NCBI GenBank assembly: GCA_047602405.1
Contig: JASGHJ010000002.1
Location: forward strand, 1,728,001 to 1,792,000
Length of the DNA stretch: 64,000 nucleotides
Direction: 5' to 3'
From: Anaeromyxobacteraceae bacterium
GTDB lineage: Bacteria; Myxococcota; Myxococcia; Myxococcales; Anaeromyxobacteraceae
Numbering within the stretch: the first letter of the stretch is position 1; each line of letters starts with the position of its first letter. Shown here piece by piece: positions 1 to 8,219 of this stretch. The notes beneath the pieces are model-generated. The model was not told the DNA's origin. It saw nothing but the letters and a program-made list of their open reading frames with translations, and made no database searches. The position numbers and the translations under genes are program-made.

Positions 1-407
1 ACCCGCCGGTGGCCGTAGCGCGGGTGCGCGAGGCGGTTCGCGAGCTCCCCGTCGTCGGTGAAGAGCACCGCGCCCTCGGCGTCCCAGTCGAGCCGGCCCA
101 CCGGGAAGACCCGCTCCCGGACGCCGCGCAGGTAGTCGTAGGCCGTCGGACGGCCCTCCGGATCGGAGGCGGTCGTGACGCAGCCCGAGGGCTTGTAGAG
201 GAGGTAGTAGGCCCGCGCCTCGCTGCGGGACACGAGCCGCCCGTCCACCTCGACGAGATCCGCGCCCGGCTCGACCTTCGTGCCGAGCGCGGTGACGGTC
301 TTGCCGTTCACCTTCACGCGGCCGGCGGTGATGAGCTCCTCGGCGTGGCGCCGCGAGGCGACGCCGGCGCCGGCGAGGTACTTCTGCAGCCGCTCGGGCG
401 CGCTCAC
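1..407 (-). CDS. rluB: 23S rRNA pseudouridine synthase, RluB-like (3' end outside window)
   Basis: Manual translation MSAPERLQKYLAGAGVASRRHAEELI...YKPSGCVTT...VGRLD shows the S4 domain and catalytic GRLD; GTG overlaps the scpB stop. Confidence 0.85.
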   Translation of the reverse strand, partial: MSAPERLQKYLAGAGVASRRHAEELITAGRVKVNGKTVTALGTKVEPGADLVEVDGRLVSRSEARAYYLLYKPSGCVTTASDPEGRPTAYDYLRGVRERVFPVGRLDWDAEGAVLFTDDGELANRLAHPRYGHRR

Positions 408-1432
408 GGCGTCCCTCCGCCGGTGGGCTCGCCGGAGCCGGAGGCCGCGGGCGCGGCCGGGGCAGGCGCCGCCGCGGGCGCGCCGGGCACCGGCTCGGGC
501 TCCTCGGGCTTCGGCGGCTTCAGCGCCTCCGCCGCCGCCTTCGCGCGCTGGTCGGCCTGCTCCATGATCGCCTCCAGCTCCTCGAGGGCCTTGTCGCCCT
601 CGGCACGGGTCTTCTCGAGCTCGGCCTGGAGCTTCCCGTCGGCGAGGTCGTCGACGATGCCGGAGATGCCGGCCGGCGTCTCGCCCTCCGGCGTCTTCTC
701 CACGATCTCGCGGTGCTCCTCGGAGAGCTCCGCGAACTCGCGCAGGGTCGGGAGCGAGGCGAGGTCCTTCAGCGCGAAGAACTCGAGGAACTCGCGCGTC
801 GTGCCGTACAGGATTGGCCGGCCCGGCTCCTCCTTCTTGCCGAGGATCTTCACGAGCTTCCGCTCGAGGAGCGCCTTGACGACCGCGCCGCAGTCCACGC
901 CGCGGATCTCCTCGATCTCCGGGCGGGTCACCGGCTGGCGGTAGGCGATGATCGCGAGCGTCTCGAGCGCGGCGCGGGTGAGCCGCTGCGGCTTCACCTT
1001 GAGGAAGCGGCGCGCGAACTCCGAGTTGTCCGGCGAGGTGCGCAGCTGCCAGCCCCCGGCGACCTCGTGCAGGACGATGCCGCACACGCCCTCGCGGTAG
1101 TTGCCGGAGAGCTGGTCCATCGCCTTCGTGATGCGGTCCGGCTCGAGGCCGGTGCAGGCGCGGAGCTCCGGGATCGCGAGCGGCTTCTCGGCCAGGAACA
1201 GCAGCGTCTCGATGACCGTGCGGACGCGGGCCTCCGAGAGCCGCTTCGCCGCCGCGGCGAGCTTCTCGAAGGGCTCCTCCTTCTCGTCCGGCACGTCGAT
1301 GTCGGCGGGGTCGACGTCGTCGAGCTCGGGGTCGCCGGCCTTCGCCTCCTCCGCGGCCTGGAGCGCGGCCAGCTCCTCCGGGGCGGGGCCCGGCGCGGCG
1401 GGCGCGTCTGCGCCGCTCTTCTTCTCGCTCAT
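404..1432 (-). CDS. scpB: SMC-Scp complex subunit ScpB
   Basis: AALETLAIIAYRQPVTRPEIEEIRGV and PGRPILYGTT..FL..F motifs; adjacent to scpA. Confidence 0.93.
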   Translation of the reverse strand: MSEKKSGADAPAAPGPAPEELAALQAAEEAKAGDPELDDVDPADIDVPDEKEEPFEKLAAAAKRLSEARVRTVIETLLFLAEKPLAIPELRACTGLEPDRITKAMDQLSGNYREGVCGIVLHEVAGGWQLRTSPDNSEFARRFLKVKPQRLTRAALETLAIIAYRQPVTRPEIEEIRGVDCGAVVKALLERKLVKILGKKEEPGRPILYGTTREFLEFFALKDLASLPTLREFAELSEEHREIVEKTPEGETPAGISGIVDDLADGKLQAELEKTRAEGDKALEELEAIMEQADQRAKAAAEALKPPKPEEPEPVPGAPAAAPAPAAPAASGSGEPTGGGTP

Positions 1433-2328
1433 CGGTAGTCCTCCGGGCCGGTCTGGGGCACGTCGTCGCCCAGGGTGTCGCGCGCCTCGACGAGGATCTC
1501 GGCGCCGGGGCCGGCGTCGTCGAGCGCGGCCTGGTAGATGCGCACCAGCCGGAGCTTCGCCATCTCGAGGATGGCGAGGAAGGTGGAGATGATGGCGGGC
1601 TTGCCGTGGGGCCGGTCCGGCGGCCCCGCGAGCAGCTCCGCGAAGGTGGCCCGGCGGTTCAGCCGGAGCACCTCGGCCACCCGCGCGATGGCGTCGCCGA
1701 TGGCGAGCCGCTCGACGTTGACCTGGTGGAAGGTCTCGGGCTTCGCGTGCTCGAGGGCGCGGGCGAGCGCCTCGATGAGCTTGAACACCGAGACGTCGGC
1801 GAGCCCCTCCGGGCCCTCGACCGAGATCTTCTCGACGCGCGCCCGGCGGGTGAAGACGGTGCGGTCGAGGATGTCGCGCTGGCCGAGCTCCTCGCCGGCG
1901 GACTTGTACTTCTGGTAGACGAGCAGCCGCTTCACGAGTTCGGCGCGCGGGTCCACCCCCGCGTCCTCGGCCGGCGCGTCCTCCGCCACCTCGGTGCGCG
2001 GCAGGAGCAGCCTCGACTTCATGAGGACGAGCTGCGACGCCATGTGCAGGAACTCGCCCGCGAGGTCGATGTCGAGCTCCCGGAGCGCCTCGAGCGTCGC
2101 GAGGTAGCTCTCGGTGATCTTGGCGATTGGGATGTCGAAGAGGTCGACCTCGTGCTCCTTCACGAGGTGCAGGATCAGGTCGAGGGGCCCCTCGAACGGA
2201 GGCTCGCCCGCCTTGAGCGGCGGCAGCGTGACGCGGAACGCCTCGGCGGCCGCGCGCGCGCTCGCCTCCGACGCCGGATCGGCCGGGTCGGGACGGTCGT
2301 CTGCCTCGCTGTCCTTACGCCGGGCCAA
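1429..2328 (-). CDS. scpA: Segregation and condensation protein A
   Basis: FEGPLDLILHL, EFL.MAS.L..MKSRLLLP, FLAILEM motifs. Confidence 0.93.
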   Translation of the reverse strand: MARRKDSEADDRPDPADPASEASARAAAEAFRVTLPPLKAGEPPFEGPLDLILHLVKEHEVDLFDIPIAKITESYLATLEALRELDIDLAGEFLHMASQLVLMKSRLLLPRTEVAEDAPAEDAGVDPRAELVKRLLVYQKYKSAGEELGQRDILDRTVFTRRARVEKISVEGPEGLADVSVFKLIEALARALEHAKPETFHQVNVERLAIGDAIARVAEVLRLNRRATFAELLAGPPDRPHGKPAIISTFLAILEMAKLRLVRIYQAALDDAGPGAEILVEARDTLGDDVPQTGPEDYR

Positions 2329-2340
2329 TGGCCGGGGGCC

Positions 2341-3350
2341 TCACGCGAGCTTGAGCTTCATGGCGGTGCGGACCTCGTCCATCGTCCGCGCCGCGACCTC
2401 GCGAGCCTTCCGGGTGCCGAGCTGGACGAGGTCATCCACGTCCTTCGGCTTCTGGAGCAGCGCCTCCCGGCGGGCCCGCATCTCGTCCTGCTGCGGCGAC
2501 AGCCTCTCGAGCAGCTTCTTCTTGCAGTCGACGCACCCGATCCCGGCGGTGCGGCAGTTCTGGTCCACCCACGAGACCGTCTCGGGCTCGCTCGTGACCT
2601 TGTGCAGGTAGAAGACGCCGCACACGTCCGGGTTGCCCGGATCCTTGCGCAGCTTGCGGGCCGGGTCGGTGACCATGCCCATGACCTTCTTCTGCGTGTC
2701 GGCCCCGGGCTCGCCGAGGTCGATGGTGTTGCCGTAGCTTCTTCGACATCTTCCGGCCGTCGGTCCCGAGGATTCTTGGGCGCGGCGGTGAGGAGCGGCG
2801 CCGGCTCGGGGAAGACGTTGCCGTACTGGGTGTTGAAGCGCCGCACGATCTCGCGCGACAGCTCGAGGTGCGGGACCTGGTCCACGCCCACCGGCACCTG
2901 GTTCGCCTTGTAGAGGATGATGTCGGCGGTCTGCAGCACCGGGTAGCCGAGGAAGCCGTAGAGCGCGAGGTCGCGGTCGGTGATGTTCTCGCGCAGCTCC
3001 TTGTACGAGGGCGACCGCTCGAGCCAGCCCACCGGCGTGATCATGCCGAGGAGCAGGAAGAGCTCGGCGTGCTCCTTCACCTCGCTCTGCACGAAGAGCG
3101 TCGCCTTCGCGGGGTCGATCCCGGCGGCGATGAAGTCCACGAACATCTCCCGCTCGGCCGCCTTGATGACCTCGGTCTGGTGGAAGTTCGTGGTGAGCGC
3201 GTGCCAGTCGGCGCTGAAGAAGAAGCAGGTCGCCTCGTCCTGGAGGCGGACCCAGTTCGCGAGCGCGCCGTGGAGGTGGCCGACGTGGAGCCGCCCGGTG
3301 GGGCGCATGCCGCTGAGGACGACGGGACGGTTGGCGGGCATCTCGTTCAC
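2341..3350 (-). CDS. trpS: Tryptophan--tRNA ligase (two +1 insertions near 2740 and 2773, probably sequencing errors)
   Basis: SGMRPTGRLHVGH (HIGH), YPVLQTADI, VPVGVDQ; GRKMSKSYGN is restored after removing two extra bases. Confidence 0.92.
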
Positions 3351-3984
3351 GCGATGAGGTAGATGAGCTTCTCGAGCTGACGGTACACGGCGGAGATTGG
3401 CCCCGCCACCAGGCGCCCGCCCCAGAGGAAGACCGCGATGAGCAGGACCGGCGCGTAGAGCTCGATGCGCCGCCAGCCCTCGGCGAGCGTGCGGGGCATG
3501 AGCCACGCGACCACCCGGCTCCCGTCGAGCGGCGGCACGGGCAAGAGGTTGAAGATCGCGAGGGCCACGTTGAGCACGACGAGCTCGCGCAGGAGCGGGA
3601 AGACCGGCCCCTCGACGAGCGCGGGCGCCCAGCGGATGAGGAGCCCGATGGCGATTGTCGACGCGAGCGCCAGCACGAGGTTCGACAGCGGGCCCGCGCC
3701 GGCGGTCAGCGCCATCCCCCCGGACATCGACACGTCCCGCCGGAAGCGGGCGGGGTTCACCGGCACCGGCTTCGCCCACCCGAACGGCACGCCGAGGAGG
3801 GGCAGGATGATGGTGCCGAGGAGGTCGATGTGCGCGATGGGGTTGAGCGTGAGCCGCCCTGCAGGGAGGCCGTGTCGTCGCCGAGCTTCCAGGCGCTCCA
3901 CGCGTGGGCCCACTCGTGGACCGTGAGGGAGATGATGAAGAGGGGGAGGACGGCGATGCGTCCGAGAAGTTCGTCGGGAGACAC
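3347..3984 (-). CDS. Site-2 protease (M50) family protein, frameshift at a G run near 3860
   Basis: HEWAH, GRLTLNP..HID, AGPLSN, FNLLPVPPLDG motifs across two frames. Confidence 0.88.
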
Positions 3985-4076
3985 GGGGATATCGGGACCT
4001 CGGCGCGACCGAGAACAGGGGCGTGTAACACCCCCCTGCCCCCACCGTCAACGCGCACGGCAGGCGGGATAACCCC

Positions 4077-4982
4077 TCATGCCCTCGGGTGGAACCTGGC
4101 GTGGAGCCGCTGCGCGTGGGACCGGTCGACGTGGGTGTAGATCTGGGTGGTGGACACGTCCGCGTGGCCCAGCATGGCCTGCACCGCGCGCAGGTCCGCC
4201 CCGCCCTCGAGGAGGTGCGTCGCGAACGAGTGGCGGAGCTTGTGGGGGGAGATGCGCCGCCGGATCCCGGCGGCCCGCGCGTAGCGGTCGAGGAGCTTCG
4301 CGAAGCCGTGGCGGGTCATGCGCTTCCCGCGCGGCGTGACGAACAGGTCCCGGACCCGCTTGCCCTTCAGCATCCGGTCGCGGGCGGGGCCGAGCCAGGC
4401 CTTCACCGCGTCGGCGGCCGGCGCGCCGAGCGGCACGAGCCGTTCCTTGTTCCCCTTGCCGCGCGCGACGAGCACCCGCGACTCGAGGTCCACGTCGTTC
4501 ACGCCGAGCGACACGAGCTCCGAGACGCGCAGGCCGGTCGCGTAGAGGAGCTCCAGCATCGCGCGGTCGCGCACGCCGGCCGGCTTCCTGAGATCGGGCT
4601 GGCGCAGGATGTCGGCGATCTCGTCCCGCGCCGCCGGCTTCGGAAGCGCCCGCCCCGGCCGCGGGGAGGTGAGCTCGTCGCAGGGGTCGACCTCGACGAG
4701 CCGCTCGGAGAGGAGCAGCGCGTGCAGCCCGCGGATGGCGGAGAGCGCCCGGGCCTGCGACCGCGGCGAGAGCCCGCGGGCGACGAGCCCGGCGAGGTGG
4801 TCGCGGATCTCGGTGCGCCCGACCGCCCTCCAGTCACGGACGCCGAGCTGCTCGAGGTGATCGAGGTAGCGGCGCAGGTCGCGGCCGTAGCCCTCGACCG
4901 AGTTCGGGGAGAGGCCCTTCTCCACCCGGGCGTGGGCGAGGAAGAGATTGAGGGCGGCCTCGAGCCCGCTCAACGTCGTCAC
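4077..4982 (-). CDS. xerD: Site-specific tyrosine recombinase XerD
   Basis: RDRAMLELLYATGLRVSEL, HKLRHSFATHLL, LGHADVSTTQIYTH; housekeeping context. Confidence 0.9.
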   Translation of the reverse strand: MTTLSGLEAALNLFLAHARVEKGLSPNSVEGYGRDLRRYLDHLEQLGVRDWRAVGRTEIRDHLAGLVARGLSPRSQARALSAIRGLHALLLSERLVEVDPCDELTSPRPGRALPKPAARDEIADILRQPDLRKPAGVRDRAMLELLYATGLRVSELVSLGVNDVDLESRVLVARGKGNKERLVPLGAPAADAVKAWLGPARDRMLKGKRVRDLFVTPRGKRMTRHGFAKLLDRYARAAGIRRRISPHKLRHSFATHLLEGGADLRAVQAMLGHADVSTTQIYTHVDRSHAQRLHARFHPRA

Positions 4983-5602
4983 CCCACGAGGTCGGAGACG
5001 TCGCCCTTCCCCTGCCGGATCACGATCGGCTCCGGGCCGGAGAGGTCGATGACCGAGGACGGCTCGTTCGGCTTCACGCCGCTGTCGAGGATGAGGTCGA
5101 GCCCGTGCCCGAGCCGGTCCTTGATGTCGCGCGCGTCGACGAGCACCTCGCCCTCCGGCGTCGCCGCCGAGGTCGAGATGAGCGGGTGGCCGAGCTTCTT
5201 CACGATCTCGAGCGCCACCGGGCTGTCCGGGATGCGGATGCCGACCGTCTTCTGCCGGCGCAGCACGAGGTCCGGCACGAGCCGGGTCGCGGGGAGGATG
5301 AACGTGTAGGGGCCCGGCACCTTGCGCCGCAGCACGCGGTACGCGGCGTTGTCGACGATGGCGTAGCGCGAGATCTCGGCGAGATCCTGGCAGACGAACG
5401 AGAGCTCGTGCGTGCGCGGCAGGCCCTTGAGGAGGTAGATGCGCTCGATCGCCCGCTTGTCGAACAGGTCGCAGCCGATGCCGTAGTACGTGTCGGTCGG
5501 GTACGCGAGCAGGCCCCCGGACGCCAGCGCGGACACCGCGCGCTCGACCACCCTCGGCTGCGGGTGCTGCGGGTCGATCTCGACGATGGGCGCGGCGGCC
5601 AT
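4979..5602 (-). CDS. Sua5/YciO/YrdC family protein (YciO-like)
   Basis: YPTDTYYG, PGPYTFIL, TVGIRIPD, STSA, PSSVIDL. Confidence 0.88.
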   Translation of the reverse strand: MAAAPIVEIDPQHPQPRVVERAVSALASGGLLAYPTDTYYGIGCDLFDKRAIERIYLLKGLPRTHELSFVCQDLAEISRYAIVDNAAYRVLRRKVPGPYTFILPATRLVPDLVLRRQKTVGIRIPDSPVALEIVKKLGHPLISTSAATPEGEVLVDARDIKDRLGHGLDLILDSGVKPNEPSSVIDLSGPEPIVIRQGKGDVSDLVG

Positions 5603-5668
5603 GGGACTGACTATCTAGCAGCTTTCCCGGGCCCCCAAAAGAAACGCTGGGCGTCGCCGGGAAGCGGC

Positions 5669-6285
5669 CTAGCCGGTCGCCCGGGGCGCGAGGCCGGCGA
5701 GGCCCTCGACCGTGCTCACGAGCACCTTGAAGTCGATGGGCTTTCTGACCCAGGCGTCGAAGCCGGCCTTCTGCAGGCGCGCCTCGGTCTCCGGGCCGCG
5801 CATCGAGGTGCAGGCGACGACCGGGATGCCCTTCGACTCCTCGCGCTCGCGCAGGAGCGCGAGGACCTCGTAGCCATCGAGCCCGGGCATCACGAGGTCG
5901 AGCATGATCACGGCGGGCGTGTTCTTGCCGACGAGGTAGCCGGCGAGGAAGCCCTGGCGCGCGGTCTCGACCGTGAAGCCGTTCGCGCCGAGGAGCTCCT
6001 TCACCACCTCGAGGAACGCCTCGTCGTCGTCCACGACGAGCACGCGCCGGCCGGGCCGAGCCTCCGCGGTCTCCTCGACCGGGTCGCTCGCGAGCTCGGG
6101 GGGATCGGGATCGAGCGCGACGTCAGGAAGCGCCGCAGCTCGTCGACCGCGACGCGCCCGTGCCCGCCGACCGTCTTGTGCGCTCGGATGGCGCCGTCCC
6201 GGATCCAGTTGGTGACGGTCCGCGGGGAGACGCCGCAGGCGGCGGCGACCTCCACGCTCGTCAGGTATCTCGTCGGCTTTTGCAA
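5669..6285 (-). CDS. Response regulator with N-terminal excisionase/MerR-like HTH (frameshift at a homopolymer near 6100)
   Basis: YLTSVEVAAACGVSPRTVTNWI..G...KT.GGH followed by receiver LVVDDD...LDLVMPGLDG...KP. Confidence 0.82.
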
Positions 6286-6434
6286 CGGGCCCCCGCCCGG
6301 CCTACCACCCGGGAGTCGGGGACCGTAGCAGCCGGTCCCCCGGCGGTGCAACCGTCCGTCGTGGCAGGCCCCTGAGTTTCACCCCGGGGTACACCCGGGT
6401 GGGGTCTCGGGGCCTGCCGCTTCGCCGGCGCCCC

Positions 6435-6647
6435 TCAGCGGCGGGTCTTCCCGCGCTCGATCAGCTCGCGGACCCGCTGCCCTCCCTTCCTGCCGATCTC
6501 CTCGTAGAACGCGTGCCCGCGCTCGTCACGCACGGCGATGCCGCCCTTGCGGCCGGCCTCCGACACGGTCATCCCGCGACGGGTCGCGCCCGCGCCGTCC
6601 TCGGGCTCGGCGCGCGTCGCGCCGTCCTTCCCTTCTTCCTCGGCCAT
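6435..6647 (-). CDS. KGG-motif general stress protein
   Basis: MTVSEAGRKGG...FYEEIGRKGG. Confidence 0.85.
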   Translation of the reverse strand: MAEEEGKDGATRAEPEDGAGATRRGMTVSEAGRKGGIAVRDERGHAFYEEIGRKGGQRVRELIERGKTRR

Positions 6648-6689
6648 CTTCCCCTCCCCCTGTCACCGCGCCCCCGCGCGGATGCCCGC

Positions 6690-7079
6690 CTAGCGCTCGT
6701 CCGGCGTGGTGGGCGCCTCGCCCTCGCTGGCGCCGGCCTTCCCCTTCTCGATGAGCTCGCGGACCTTGTGACCGCCCTTGCGCCCGATCTCCTCGTAGAA
6801 GGGCGTCCCGCGCTCGGCCTTGATGGTCTCGCCGCCCTTCTTGCCGATCTCCTCGTAGAAGCGCGGGCCACGCTCGGCCTTCACCGTGTCCCCGCCCTTC
6901 TTGCCGATCTCCTCGTAGAACTTGCGGCCCCGCTCGGCCTTCACGGTCTCGCCGCCCTTCTTGCCGATCTCCTCGTAGAACTTCCGGCCGCGGGTCTCGC
7001 GCACGCGGACGCCGCCCTTCCGCCCCGCCTCGGAGACGGTCATCGCTCCCTTGCTGCCGCCCTTCTTCTCATCCGCCAT
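6690..7079 (-). CDS. KGG-repeat general stress protein
   Basis: Tandem 20-aa repeats FYEEIGKKGG-ETVKAERG. Confidence 0.88.
   Translation of the reverse strand: MADEKKGGSKGAMTVSEAGRKGGVRVRETRGRKFYEEIGKKGGETVKAERGRKFYEEIGKKGGDTVKAERGPRFYEEIGKKGGETIKAERGTPFYEEIGRKGGHKVRELIEKGKAGASEGEAPTTPDER
6775..7020. repeat. 60-bp coding tandem repeat (about 4 units) in the KGG protein
   Basis: CCGATCTCCTCGTAGAA recurs at an exact 60-bp period (about 6784, 6844, 6904, 6964). Confidence 0.9.
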
Positions 7080-8010
7080 GTGTGACCCCCGTGCTGACAA
7101 TGTGGGCGCTCGCCCCCCGGCGCCGCAGCGCCCGGGCGAGCACGTGGTCGGCGATGGGCTCCGCCATGTCGAGCCCGGTCGCGCCGAGGATCCCGCGCCA
7201 GCTGGGATTCCCGTTCACCTCGATCACCCAGGCGCCCACGCGCCCGAGCACGAGATCGACGCCTGCGTAGTCGAGGCCCACCGCGAGCGCGGCGGCCTCC
7301 GCGGTGGACGCGAGCACCGGCGAGAGCTCCACCGCCTCGGCCTCCCCGCCCCCGGCGACGTTCGTGCGCCACTCGCCGGGAGGCGCCACCCGCGCGATCG
7401 CCGCGCGGGCCCGTCCCCCGACCACGAACACCCGGGCGTCGCGGCCCGGGTGCTCGACCCAGGCCTGAAGGTAGATCCCGCCGTCCCGGGCGGCGCGCTC
7501 GCGCACCGCCGCGCGGCCGGCCGCGTCGTCGTGCACGCGCACCACGCCGTCGCCGAGGGAGCCCGCCACCGGCTTCATGACCGCGTCGCCGAGCCCGGCG
7601 AGCACGCGCAGGGCGTCCTCCTCGCGCTGGGCCACCGCCGAGGGCGGCGTGGGGACGCCGGCCCGGGCGAGGAGTCGCGAGGTCCGGAACTTGTCCTGGG
7701 CGGAGAGCAGCGCGTCGAGCCGGTTCACCACGAGCGCGCCCTCGTCCTCGAGCGCGCGGTAGAGCTCGAACTGGAGGTCGGCGTCGCCGACCCGGCCGAG
7801 CCCCCGGACGAGCACGAAGGCGTCGAGCGACCGGGCGGGCTCGTCACCGGCCCAGAGCTCGGTGCGCTCGCCGCGCACGCGGGCCGAGAAGGACTCCGGC
7901 GCGAGGGTCACCACGCGAGCGCTCCCGGAGAGGACGGCCACCAGCCGGTCGCTGTGCCAGTCCACCTCCGGCCAGGCCGTGACCACCCCGATCCTGACCT
8001 CACGGTTCAT
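7069..8010 (-). CDS. RimK-family ATP-grasp ligase
   Basis: DKF.T..LL..AGVPTP, KP..GS.G.GV, EWRTNVA.GG, GVDL...VIEVN..P. Confidence 0.87.
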   Translation of the reverse strand: MNREVRIGVVTAWPEVDWHSDRLVAVLSGSARVVTLAPESFSARVRGERTELWAGDEPARSLDAFVLVRGLGRVGDADLQFELYRALEDEGALVVNRLDALLSAQDKFRTSRLLARAGVPTPPSAVAQREEDALRVLAGLGDAVMKPVAGSLGDGVVRVHDDAAGRAAVRERAARDGGIYLQAWVEHPGRDARVFVVGGRARAAIARVAPPGEWRTNVAGGGEAEAVELSPVLASTAEAAALAVGLDYAGVDLVLGRVGAWVIEVNGNPSWRGILGATGLDMAEPIADHVLARALRRRGASAHIVSTGVTHGG

Positions 8011-8219
8011 GCGCGCCCTTCCCGGAGACACCGCGCGGGCCCTTCACCCCGCGGGAAGGCGAGCACCTCCCCTTCCGCTCGACCTGCCGGGGGAAAGGGT
8101 GGACACGCCCCCCTGGCCGGACAAGGGCGCGCACTCCCGAGCGTTTCGGTGGAGGTCTCCCGGGCACGCGCCCGGGCGGGGCGACCCCCCGGGGACGCCC
8201 GCCGGTTCCTGCGCAGGGC

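Noticed and set aside
4077..6285. Prophage or ICE integrase plus excisionase
   Set aside because: The recombinase is XerD-like in a housekeeping operon, the HTH is fused to a receiver domain, and no att sites or phage genes were seen
6775..7020. 60-bp periodic repeats as a CRISPR or non-coding array
   Set aside because: They are in-frame coding repeats of a KGG stress protein
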